A DNA stretch of 64,000 nucleotides. Source: Octopus vulgaris. Taxonomy: Eukaryota. The notes under the pieces are model-generated. The model searched no databases. It was not told the DNA's origin and was given only the letters and a program-made list of their open reading frames with translations. How positions within the stretch are numbered: position 1 is the first letter of the stretch; each line of letters starts with the position of its first letter. The position numbers were made by a program, and so were the translations under genes. Positions 11,774 to 23,862 of this stretch are shown in pieces. The stretch covers positions 1,364,001 through 1,428,000 of the forward strand of contig OX597826.1 of the NCBI GenBank assembly GCA_951406725.2, written 5' to 3'.

Positions 11774-11818
11774 CTCTCATTTAATATGTCAACTCGGATT
11801 TGAAGGCACAGCATGTAT
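11774..11818 (-). CDS. Protein 4.1 homologue exon (45 nt, phase 2-2): (R)YMLCLQIRVDILNE(R)
   Basis: ttttcctccag acceptor and gtaagg donor; matches the 4.1 segment RYxLCLQLRxDI. Confidence 0.94.
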
Positions 11819-12159
11819 CTGGAGGAAAAGAAAATAATAATAATAACAGCAAGAACAAAAATTCCTAACACAGACAGAAGGCCACAATTTTTTTTCAATC
11901 CAGTCGATGTTTGGTACTTGACGAGTATTTAGTCTATTAACCCTGGTAAGATGGGAGGCAAAACTGACCTGGCAAAATTGCAACTCAGAATGTAAATGGG
12001 GCAGAACTAAACACAACAAAGCCATTTGTTGTCTACCATTTTACAGAATCTGTCAATCCATGACGACGACAATGGTGAGTTGCAGGAAAGTAAAATAATT
12101 AAATAATGATTAGCATTTAATTTAGCTCTCTAGCACTACAAAAATAAGAACAATAATAA

Positions 12160-12845
12160 TGATAATAATCCTTTCTACTAAAGGCACAAGGCCTGAAATT
12201 TTGCGGGAGGGGACTAGTCGATTACATCAACCCCAGCATTTCACTGGTACTTAATTTATCGACCCTGAAAGGACGAAAGGCAACGTCAGCCTCAGTGGGA
12301 TTTGAACTCAGAACATAAAGACAGGTGAAATACCACCAAGCATTTCGTCCAACGTGCTAACAATTCTGCCAGCTCACCACCTTAATATCATCATCATCAA
12401 TAATAATAATAATAATCATCCTTTCTACTATAGAGACAAGGATTGAAATTTGGGGGGAAGGGGCCAGTTGATTTGATTGACTCCAGTACGCAACTGGTAC
12501 TTAATTTATTGACTCCGAGAGGATGAAAGGCAAAGTCAACCTTCTTGGAATTTGAAATCAGAATGTAAAGATGGATGGAATGCCACTAAAGCATTTTGCC
12601 AATAATAATAATAATCCTCTCTACTATTGGCACAAGGCCTGAAATTTGGGGGGTGGAGGGCTACTTCATTATATTGACCCTAATGCTTGACAGGTACTTA
12701 TTTTACCAGTCCTGAAAGGATGAAAGGCAAAGTCAACTGAGGGAGAAATTGAACTCAGAACACAGAAATGAACAGAATGCCGTGCAGCATTTTGTCCAGC
12801 TTGCTGCCTTTGGTTTCAAATTTGGACACTAGGCCAGCAAAGTTC
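12160..12845 (-). mobile_element. Head-to-tail cluster of SINE family B (~220 bp, (ATT)n tail), about 3 units
   Basis: Repeated unit ...ggtacttaatttatcgaccctgaaaggatgaaaggcaaagtcaac...gaatttgaactcagaa... separated by (AAT)n. B-box-like GAGTTCAAATTCC on the minus strand. Confidence 0.85.
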
Positions 12846-13067
12846 AGCCAAAGATTCAATGTAGCATAAGTAACAAGAGATAAACTGATTAACTCCGAGT
12901 TAGTTGTCTTGTGCGCTATACTGTGGCATACGTTGGGGCAGGTGACAAACAGTTGGACGAGTCTATTGCTTATCACATTATTTCTACAAGTATTGAGTTG
13001 ATGAAGGCAATACGATTTATTTATTGCTAGAGTGGCAAAAATGAGCATTGCTTGAAAAATTACATAC

Positions 13068-13143
13068 CTTGTAAGATCTTCTCGAAGTAAGGATGGATCA
13101 GGAGGATAAAATTTCACTTGGAATGCAAATTCCCAAGGAACAT
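13068..13143 (-). CDS. Protein 4.1 homologue exon (76 nt, phase 1-2): [24 protein letters not shown](R)
   Basis: tctttttcag acceptor and gtatgt donor; the [12 protein letters not shown] signature lies inside ORF 12755..13234. Confidence 0.96.
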
Positions 13144-14966
13144 CTGAAAAAGATAAAATGAGACAAGGGTTAGAAGAAAACTGTAAAACAATAGTAACTG
13201 TATTCTCCAGTAAAACAGATGAAGCCGTTTGCATCTACATGTAACAAATTTGTAGACTCTCCTCTCATCAAAGTATCAACAATTTTAGCTATAACTAATG
13301 TATCCAACTGACAGTTACACATTGTGTCCTGAAGACAAAGAACTTGGAAAGTTGTTGCCACTTCATTTACCAAATAGTGAGAAAAAAGTGGCTTGATTCT
13401 CTTTTATTTGTTTCAGCCCTTGGACTGCAGCCATGCTGGGGCACCATCTTTTAAGGGTTTGGTCAAAGAAACAGACCCCAGTTCTTATTTTTTAAGCTTA
13501 GTATTTATCCTCACGGTCACTTTCGTTGAATCACAAGTTACGAGGAGGTAAGCAAACCAACACTGGTCATCAAGGGATGGTGGTCACACACACACACACA
13601 CACATACACACATATATATACATACAAGACGGGCATCTACATAGTTTTTGTCAAATTCACTCACAAGGAATTAGGTAGCCTGGAGCCATAGTAGAAGACA
13701 CCTAAGGTGCCATGCAGTGGGACTGAACCTGAAACAATGTAGTTAAAAAGAAAAATTCTTAACTACATATCTATGCCTGTGTCCATGGAGGAACACAGAA
13801 CTAACTAGGACAAAAAGGGACAGTTTTGTCACAGTGACAGAAAGTGAGTTAACCCTGGATCAAGCAGACCCATGATCAAAGGCATTGCAGTTCTTTTTTA
13901 CTCTAGGCACAAGACTCTAAATTTGGCAGGGAGGAGGCCAGTTGATTAGATCGACCCTGAAAGGATGAAAGGCAAAGTCGACCATGGCAGATTTGAACTC
14001 CAAACGTAAAGACAGATGAAATACTGCTAAGCATTTCTGCCAGCTTGCTACCTTAAGGCATTTCAGTTCTGACCAGCATGTCTGGTATATTAGCCAATGA
14101 TATTTTCTAAGAAAGTAAGGTGTAATTTAAGAGAACTGGCTTGTCATTTCTAGCAGGATGAGTAACTATACATAGGCTTCCTTCTAAGTTTTAAACTGAA
14201 GTAGGCAACAGTAATTAGAAAATGGCAAATTTGTTCTGAGGACTAAAATTTAGAAACTAGTATCCTGATAAGCAGGTGAAGAAACTTGTTTGAGACAAAA
14301 TATTTGATTAACCAATTTATCTGACATCTCTTAAATATCTCCTTCTCATCATTAAAACTGAGACAAAAGCTATGTGCCAACATTTTTAGGACCTGCTAAT
14401 ATAAAGACACAATATTCACAGCTGAATGTAGTTTTCTGTATACTACTGATTGAGTTCATCTAACATTTTGCCTGCTCTGATACAGGGAGATAATACTGGT
14501 GCCTGACAACACATTTGTGACAGTTTGTGCACTACACTTGTGTGCAAGAGACTGATGAACAAGCATCTCTGTTGAGAGAGAGAAAGAGAGAGATCAATAT
14601 CTTTGTGCCCCTCCAGGGTCTCAGAAGTAGTTGAGTATTTAGTTGAATTCAGTAACATTTTAACAGAACATTTTTCGGTCACATTTAGCTTAAATGACAT
14701 CAGACCACCCACTCCTATACAGGAAGGGTACCTATCTATTTACTGCAGATCACATTCCATATAAGATGAAGCTATCCCCAGCAAAATAGCCTAATTGAGG
14801 CACGTAGAATTTTAATTAAATAATTATGCTTCAGAGACAGAAAGACATCTCATGCAGTAACCACAGAACACAAGAGTCATGAACTTAGAAACTAAATATG
14901 TTAAGAACTGTCTCCCCACACAAAATAGACAGGCAAACAGATACATACATACAAACATACATACAA

Positions 14967-15008
<42 letters not shown>

Positions 15009-18000
15009 TACTGGTTTTTCTTTTCTTTTTTTTATCCAATGGCAAGTGATCTAAAAACACAATGTTCAACAGACTTAATGGGGTTGTTTTAGATATTTTT
15101 TTCTTCCAAGATATTATTAACCTTTGCAACGCAAAAGTGTTTTTATTTAATGAATCAAAGCAAATTGGAAAATTGCATTTCCCACAGAACATTTCTGAAG
15201 AAATGAAAGTTGAAGTAGCAGTGACTTTAGAGTTAGCAAAGCACTTTCAGGAAAAAATATTTGAAACAAAATACTTCAGAAATGTATCGATTTTTAAACA
15301 TAGATTTTAACCTCAACAAGTGAATGCAAAATCTCAAGTGCACACATGTCTCTCTCTCCCCCCCCTCTCTCTCTATATATACATACACACACACACAGAT
15401 ACCCTGCCACATACATTTAATGCCCACTTTATCATGCTTGCATGGATCGAATGGAATTTGACAAGGCAGATCTTTTACAGCTGGATGTCCATCCTGCTGC
15501 CAACCCTCACCTCTTTCCAAGTAAGGTAACATTTCCTTGGGGCCAGATATGTTTTAATGGAAGACTGGAAATGAAGGATGCCACTTGCATGACAGTAACA
15601 CACACATACACACATATACAATAAGTTTCTTTCAGTTTCTGTCTACTAAATCCACTGACGGGGCTCCAGTTGGCCTGGGGCTATAGTCAAAGGCACACAC
15701 TATGGATGCATACAAACACACACACACAACACGCTACTTAAACACACACAAACTAAATTATAATATGAAATTAAATTCAAGTTTTTTTAACATCTAACAA
15801 ATATATTCTACTCATAAATAGACAACAGAAGGAGTTTCGAATTATGAACTTTAGAAACAACAGTAACCATATTTATGAAGATTAGTTGGAAAAAAAACTC
15901 TTTTTCAGAAGGGAATAAGCAGTGTGTGTGGAGCATGAGAGGCAGTTTTAGCCCTTTAGCATTTGAAACGGGCCATATTTGGTCCAAATATGCTACTTGT
16001 ATTTATGTCCTAACCAACCAGATCCAGCCTATCACACCTACCATTCAATGCCATTCTAAAAATATACTGTGACATTGTCCAAATTTCTAAGCTATGAGAT
16101 AATACATGATTAATTAAAAACAATGTGAATGAAAAAGCATCGCATTTGAGAGAATAATCTGAATGCTGAAGGGTCAGGCAATGGAGAGCAATGTTTACGA
16201 ATAAGTGATGAAATCCTACAATTAATTTGCATTACATATACCACACATGTCTGAATGTACAAATAGAAGTAGGGGTACTCAAATCATGTATTAAAGACCC
16301 CTTCAGTCATGAATGACCATGGGATTGCACCTACAAAGTTCCCCTTCGAGGCACAAGTCCAGGCAAGGTTGTTCATGGAAAACCAGCAGTCTCCCATGCA
16401 TACCAGCCTGCTCTCTCCTTGCCACTGATGTTATCCAAGGGAAAGGCAAAGGGGCCGATACAGCTTTGCACCGGTGATGTCGCAACTCATTTCTACAGCT
16501 GAGTGAACAGGAGCAACATGAAATTAAGTGTCTTGCTCAAGATCTGGGAATTGAACTCCCTACCTCATGATTGTGAGCCCAACACTAACCACTGAGCCAT
16601 GTGTCTTCACTTAGTACTCAAATCATGTAGTAGAGTATATTTATTCACTCTGCTGAAGTTGATAATTCATTTCTTTGTTACTCCAAGTTTTCTTGCTTTT
16701 GGCCAACAGAATGGAAGGAAGCTTGAAAGTGAGAAAATCAGAGCAATAAAAGAATGAATTGTCAGCTTTAATATATTATCAACGTTTTATGTCCACTTTT
16801 CCATGCTTGCATGGGTCAGCTGGAAAAAGCTGAGGAAGATTTTCTATGGTTGGATGCCTTTCCTGTGCCAACCTTCACTTGTTTCCAAACAAGGTAATAT
16901 TTCCTTCCCATGACCAGACACAGTTTTCGTGGAAGACTAGAAAAGAACAACATTGCTTGTATGACAGTGATGTATGAAGGGGACTTTCCATCTACCAAGT
17001 CCATTCGAAAGGTTTTGGCATGGGGGCTATAATAGAAGATACTTGCCCAAGGAGCCGAGCCATACAGTATGACTAAACCTGATATTACATGGTTGGGAAG
17101 TAAGTTCCTTAACCACAAGGCCATGCCTGTGTCTTAACACTAGTTTTAAATCTGTCTTTCCAAGCTGCCAGACAAGTAAGAGCACTGTTCAGTTCAATCC
17201 TATTTACATCATTTCCTGAGAATGGGGAAAGTAACAAACCTACTTTGTAACTCCCACTGGAAACACTAATAGCGAAATGAAACTGGAAAATATATTTTTA
17301 AACAAATCATCTATTTGTTTTTACAATTTTGGTTTTCAGAATAACGACAATTTCTCTGCATTGCTGACTTAAAAAAAAAAAAAGAAAAATTCCAGTTTTA
17401 ATTGTCAGATCCTAAATTCTGTTTTAGAGAGAGGCAAGCATTTAGCTCTTTTGTTAACATATTTTTTATTGAAATATATTGCCTTTGCTTCAATTAATTT
17501 AAAAAATAAGGAATTTAGTAAACTAATTAGATTTATTAAGCCAGTGTTTGGAATTTAAATTTACATAAAATTCTGATGGGATGTTTTAATTTAGTAGACT
17601 GTGAGAAAACAAGAAACTTGTGCCATAGAACCAAGGTTGGTTTCAGACAGATTCAGTTTAGAAGGATTAAAAAGATTCTATGAATCAAAATCTCTCACTT
17701 TAAAGTGTTCGTATTGCAATTAAAATCTATCACAGATGTACGCAAGAGCTTTTAGCTACATTTTGTTACAAACATTATCTTAATAAAGGCATAAATGTTT
17801 AAGTTATATGACTAAATGGAACAAAATACTTGATTCTTTTCAAAAATAACTGAGGAACACAGTGTATTTTGTTTGAAATATGGTAAAAAAAAAAAAAAAA
17901 AGAGGGAGGGTACTAATTAACCTGATATGAAATTAATAATTAGAAAAGCAATAATTTTTATTTTTGTAATTATTTAAATAGGTAAAAATCTGTTGCAACA

Positions 18001-20024
18001 TTTGCATATAATTTAGAATCTTTACCAACAATAAATATCAAAGAGAGCTTTTGATGACTTTGGTCACACCACTAAAAAAGTACTTTAATAACCAATGCAG
18101 TACAAAGTGCAACATGTATACGAAGAGAAAGGAAGGAAACTTCAAATTCACTGAGTCAGACCCTAAACATGGTTACAAAATTTTAGAAAAAGTTATATTT
18201 ATATAATGATGACATTACATCTGCTATAAAAAGGACAAAAGTGTTGCATAGGTATGAGTGTTTCAGGTAACCCATGTGAGGTCTGAGAGAAAAAAAACTC
18301 ACTCACTGGTATATTAATCTGGCTTAGCAAAAGTTGTACAGCTTGAATCTCATCCGACTAGTTATAATGAGTTCTCAAATTGTTATTTACAAATATATAA
18401 ACACATATACATACAAGCACTGCAGTAAGGTGGTAAACTGTGAAGATCTGCCTGTAAACTGAAGGCTCAAATACCCAGTTGAACCACTTCATTTCTTGTA
18501 GCTTTAGCCTATGGTGACCCAATGATAATTTATGGCTTGTGGGATACTTGGATTTTTTCATACACACACATGCTAAAAACTTGTGAATAATTTGAGACCA
18601 AGACCTCTTTACAACAAATCTACTAACAGGAATTCAACTACACACCTCTTAGTGCTGGGATAATAATGTGCTACTATTTACTTTTTGATATGAAACACAG
18701 TTCAAAGCTGGCAGAATGGTCAGCACACTGGGCAAAATGCTTAGTAGAATTTTGCCTGGCTTTACAGAGTTCAAATTCCACTGAGGTCAACTTTGCCGTA
18801 ATCCTTTTGAGGGTCGATAAAATAAGTACGAGTTGATTACTGGGGTCAATGAAATTGATTTACCTCAAACTGCTGGCCTTGTGCCAAAATGGAAAAACCA
18901 ATATGAAACCATTTTACATTATTCAAATTTAATATTGATTATATTAAAATATTAGCAGTTAATACATCATTTATTTACACACAAAATATGCTAAGTAAAT
19001 AAAAAAGCAATACTTATTTAGTCTGTAAATAAACATTTGGGATACAGCCTATATATGTAAACTTTATTTCCACCAGTCATAGTTGAACTAATGTCTTATC
19101 TGAGTGGATCTTGATATCAGGTATTAAAAATAATTAAAATAATTTTCCAAGATCTAAAATACCAAACTATGCCTATGTAAATTATACTGGTTCTCAATTA
19201 TCATCATCATCATCATCATCGTTTAGCGTCCGTTTTCCATGCTAGCATGGGTTGGACGGTTCTACTGGGGTCTGTGAAGCCAGAAGGCTTCATCAGGCCC
19301 AGTCAAATCTGGCAGTGTTTCTACGGTTGGATGCCCTTCCTAATGCCAACCACTCCATGAGTGTAGTGGGTGCTTTTTACGTGCCACCCGCACTGGTGCC
19401 AGGTACATTGTTAAACCCCTTAGCATTTAAACCAGCCATATCTGGCTGAAATATTCTGCCTGTTGTATGTTCGAAGCAGCCAGATCCAGCTGCTCACACT
19501 GACCCTACAATGTCATTGTAAAACTAAACAATAACACCATAGAAATCTCAAAGCTACGAGATAATGCAGGATTTAATTCAAAACAATGTGAATTACATAA
19601 ACATTACATTTGACAGTAATCTGAATGCTACCCCTAAAACCCTGCAAGCTATATAGAGATGTCCACTTGAATCAAATCTGTTCCGTGTTTATCTAGGGAT
19701 TGGTGAACAGGAAAACAATTACTAAAAACATAAAGCAGAGAGCTTATTTTTAAATAAAATATAATTATAGATTTTTTTTTTGTTTTTGATTTTCCAATAT
19801 ACTGAGTGATTATTGTTACTTAGCATGTGTCGGCAGAATTTCCTTATTTTGCTTTGCTTTTTGGATTAGTAACATAATGACCTCCTTGGAATACAAAAAC
19901 ATTATTTGTTTACTCAAAAAGAGACTGGGGTATTGTTTCACACATTTTAAAACTTTTATTTCTCATATATTAGTCCCTTTATTTGAATAACATTTTCAAA
20001 ATTAGTATTATTACTCTTTTTTTA

Positions 20025-20425
20025 CTCTTTTCTTTGTTTCAGTCATGTGACTGTGGCCATGCTGGAGCACCGCCTTTAGTTGAGCAAATCAACCCCAGGA
20101 CTTAGTCTTTGTAAGCCTAGCACTTATTTTATCGGCCTCTTTTGCTGAATCGCTAAGTTACGGGGACGTAAACACACCAGCATCAGTTGTCAAGCGATGT
20201 TGGGGGGGGAACAAACACAGACACACAAACATATACACACGCACACACACATATATATATACCTATACAATGGGCTTCTTTCAGTTTCCGTCTACCAGAT
20301 CTACTCACAAGGCTTTGGTCAGCCTGAGGTTATAGTAGAAGACACTTGCCCAAGGTGCCACGCAGTGGGACTGAACCTGGAACCATGTGGTTGGTAAGCA
20401 AGCTACTTACAACACAGCCACTCCT
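20025..20425 (-). mobile_element. tRNA-headed SINE family A (~330-400 bp, internal (CA)/(TA) microsatellite); representative copy
   Basis: Head on minus strand reads AGGAGTGGCTGTGTTGTAAGTAGCTTGCTTACCAACCACATGGTTCCAGGTTCAGTCCCACTGCGTGGCACC (A/B-box-like). Other minus copies at about 895-1195, 3085-3415, 4215-4555, 10278-10650, 13400-13780, 26010-26360, 32730-33100, 37420-37800, 39430-39725, 52225-52595 and 61520-61880. Confidence 0.88.
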
Positions 20426-20664
20426 AAAACATTTCTAAAACTTTTTTTTACATTCACTGTACTACTACTGTGTCACCAACAGTTTTTATCTGAAATATAT
20501 GTGAGACATTACATAGAGCATTCTGCATCGTGAAAGCAATCAGCTACAAGAAGTGGTTGATTTCTAAAGATGAAGAGAGACTAAAGTATTAGCTTTAATT
20601 TATGAACCTGAGTAATGCCAAGTGCTTGTTGGCAGTTTCATATAAATTTAGAACATAATACTAA

Positions 20665-21655
20665 CAAAAATGGTTTCAAATTTTGCCACAAGGGCAGCAA
20701 TTCTGGGGGAGGGGATGGGTTGATTACATCGACCCCAGTGTTCAACTGGTACTTATTTTATTGACCCTGAAAAGATGAAAGACAAAGTAAGTCAACCATG
20801 GCAGAATCTGAACTCAGAACACAAGCCACTAAGCATTTTGCCTGGCGTGCTAAAGATTCTGCCAGCTTGCCACCTTAATAATAATAATTCTTTCTACTAT
20901 AGACACACGGTGGAGTCACACGGTCTAGTGCTTAGAGCAGTGGATGCACATTTGAGGGGTTGTGGGTTCGAATCTCAGACTGGGCAAGGTGTGTGTTTAA
21001 GAGTGAAACACCTAAGCCCCACACGGCTCCGGCAGAAGGTAATGGCAAATTTCTGCTTACTCTTTCACCATAACTTTCTCTCACTCTTTCGTCCTACATC
21101 TTGCAGTTCATCTGTGACGGACTGGTGTCCTGTCCAGGTGGGGAACCTATATACCAACAAAACTGGGAAACCAGCCCTTATGAGCCAGGCATGGCTTGAG
21201 AAAGAACAAACAACATAGACACAAGGCTTGAAATTTGGAAAGAGAAAGGGCAAGTCAGGCACATCAACCCCACTGCTTAACTACTACTGAGAGGATGAAC
21301 GGCAAAGTTGACCTTAGTGGAATTTGAACTCAGAACATAAGGACAGATGAAATGGTACAAAGCATTTTGAGTAGCATGCTAACGATTGTGCCAGTTGGCT
21401 GGCTTTATAATAATAATTGTAATAAGAATAATAATAATGGTTTCAAATTTTGGCACAAGGCCAGCAATTCTGGGGGAGGGACTAAGTTGATTGAATTGAT
21501 GCCAGTGCTTGACTGTTACTTATTTTATTAACTCTGAAAGGATGAAAGACAAAGTTGACTTTGGTGGAATTTGAATTCAGAGCATAAGGACAAATGAAAT
21601 GGTGCAAAGCATTTAGACCAGCATTTTGACCAGCTAATGTCAGCTGACTGTCTTT
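20665..21655 (-). mobile_element. Cluster of about 3 SINE family B units, one interrupted by another SINE
   Basis: Same unit as 12160-12845, with (AAT)n spacers at ~20876 and ~21408-21438. Confidence 0.8.
20908..21214 (+). mobile_element. tRNA-headed SINE inserted into a family B tail, 9-bp target-site duplication
   Basis: ATAGACACA at 20899-20907 and 21215-21223; GGTTCGAATCTC B-box; internal GTGACGGACTGGTGTCCTGTCCAGG; (CAA)-type tail. Confidence 0.82.
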
Positions 21656-23134
21656 ATAAGAAAATAAATACAAGAGTTATTCTTTCTGTTCCAAGGTTTT
21701 AGTTGGCTCAAGGGTTATAAAAGGCGGCACTTTCCCAAAGTGGCACACTGGGACTGAACCTGTGGCCACACAGTTGGAAAGCAAACTTATCAACCACAGA
21801 GACATGCCTGCACCTATGTACATATATAATAAATAAGATTACAAATATAGAATTAAATATAAAAATGACTCAGAAATACATCTGCAAATAATTAAATGAT
21901 ATGTCACTATTTCTAATGAAGCCTCAAGCGACTTCTTGCACAACTTTGGCTGGGAACTGGTAAACACTGCACTAAACCTAACACAATGAAGAGAGAAGAT
22001 AAATTGTGCTGCAGTAGGTAACAGGGATGTAGAATAAATTACAAAACCGGGAATTAAGCAGTGGTAGATAAATCTCACTTTTAATTGTGCTGAGGATACT
22101 ATTAACTACTACAATTAAAACAACACCAATATCTAATTAGCTATTTGTGTGAGTTTTTTTTACCTTTACCCATATCTGGCTTTTTAGTAAAAAACCCAAA
22201 ATCCAGAAAATCCAGCCCTAAACTATTTTCTGAAAAATAAAAATTTCAAGTTAAAACAAATAATTAATAACAAAAATGTAAGAAAGAAAAAAAATCTATA
22301 GAAAAATAGCTTAAAAGAAAAGGGAAGAAAAGAAACATTAAAGAAATGGGGAAAAGAAGAGAGTGCAAATTCAAATCTTAAAAGCAATGAAGCACACACA
22401 CACACACACACACACAGAGAATCAAACCCATTCAATTAATGTGAGTCATGATGGGCCTCTTAACATACCGACCCATTAATCACATCTCCTTCACATTCAG
22501 ATACTAGTTATACTCCTGCTACTGTTCTTATCAATCCCACTCAAATAACGATCAGAATAACTCATTCCTCACCCACTCCAAGTCTTCAAGATCCTTTAGA
22601 AGTAACAAATAAGAGGAAAGAAAGAAAAAGAAAGAAGCTTTCGGCTATCTCGCTCGGGTCAGGTAACCAAGCAAGTTTATCAAAAACCTTTTGTGTCTAT
22701 ACCTGACATGGAGAATGTGCAGAATGTAAGCCAGGCACTAACAATAATTCACATTTCTAGGCTGGATTTATTCTTCTATATTTCTCCGCTTTTACAGGTG
22801 TGAGTCACTGGACTTTGGCCATGCTGGGGCACTGCTTTCAAAGGTTCTAAGTCAAACCATATGAAAGCCAGTACTTATTTAATTGTTAAACCTCTAAGTT
22901 ACATGACGAAAAAGACAACAAAATCCAAAACACTGGTTTTTAGACCTGTGTAAACAAAGACATGGATGTGTGTGTATCCTTTTCTTAATGGCATGTCAAC
23001 TTTGGAGGATTCTTGATTCTTAAGATTATCTCCCCTCCTCAAATGGAGCCGGTTTTAATAATCATCTGGTAATAATGACACATCCTCCAGAGGCGGAGAT
23101 AATTTTAATAAATCAAGAATTCATGTTGTATAGT

Positions 23135-23862
23135 TGCTTGAGAAGACTTGTCATGCTTGAGAAGGCCTGTCAAGCCAAGCGTAATTGTAGTCATGGCAAT
23201 ACCAGTATCATGTAAAAAGCACCTTTCATGCATTGGGCCTCACGGGGGCAATGTGACTGATGCTAGTGTTGTGTAATTAGCAAATAAAAAGCACCTTCTG
23301 TGTGTTGGGCCTCATGGAAGCAATGTGTCTGATACTGGGATCGTGTGACTAGCACGAAAAAAAGCTCCTTCCATGTTTTGGGCGTCACGGAGGTAATGTA
23401 GCCAATGCAGGTGTTTCATAACTAGCACATATGTGCTGGTGGCACATAAAAAGCCTCTTTTGCATGTTGAGTCTCATGGAGGTAATCTGGCTAATGCTGG
23501 TGTCATGTAACTGGCACCTGTGCTGGTGGCTCATAAAAAGCACCTTTTGAGTGCTGGGCCCCATGGAGGCAATGACAAATGACTGAGAACCTTGGCATTA
23601 TGCTGTGCCTCAGTAGAAGACCCATCAAGCCAAGTGGAATCATAGTTGTGGCAGACACTGGTGTCACACAATTGGCACCTGTGCCAGTGGCATGTAAATG
23701 CACCCATTACACTTTCAGAGTGGTTGGCATTAGGAAGGGCATCCAACCATAGAAACCATACCAAATCAGACTGCAGTTTGGTACAGTCCCCTCAGCTTAC
23801 CAGCCCTGGTCAAACATCCAACCCATGCCAGCATGGACAATGGATGTTAAATGATGATGATA
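23135..23862 (+). mobile_element. Retroposon family C (RTE-like 3' end, (ATG)n tail), long copy with internal tandem repeat
   Basis: Conserved end gtggttggcattaggaagggcatcc...aacccatgccagcatgga...gttaaatgatgatgat. Other copies at about 2330-2596(+), 4995-5300(-), 5965-6290(-), 19200-19405(-), 24005-24220(-), 38115-38292(+), 39070-39400(-) and 53180-53710(+). Confidence 0.82.
23210..23575 (+). repeat. Degenerate minisatellite, about 5 units of ~70-90 bp
   Basis: Recurring taaaaagcacctt...tgggcctcayggaggyaatg...gatgctggtgt...taactagca. Confidence 0.8.

Noticed and set aside
19252-19449. Recurrent ORFs containing LDALPNANH / WLALGRASNH (also 2393, 6033, 23531, 39117, 53503)
   Set aside because: Translations of repeat family C on both strands.
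23210-23575. CRISPR-like repeat/spacer appearance
   Set aside because: The whole unit is repeated and degenerate, with no unique spacers. It lies within a eukaryotic retroposon and there are no cas genes.
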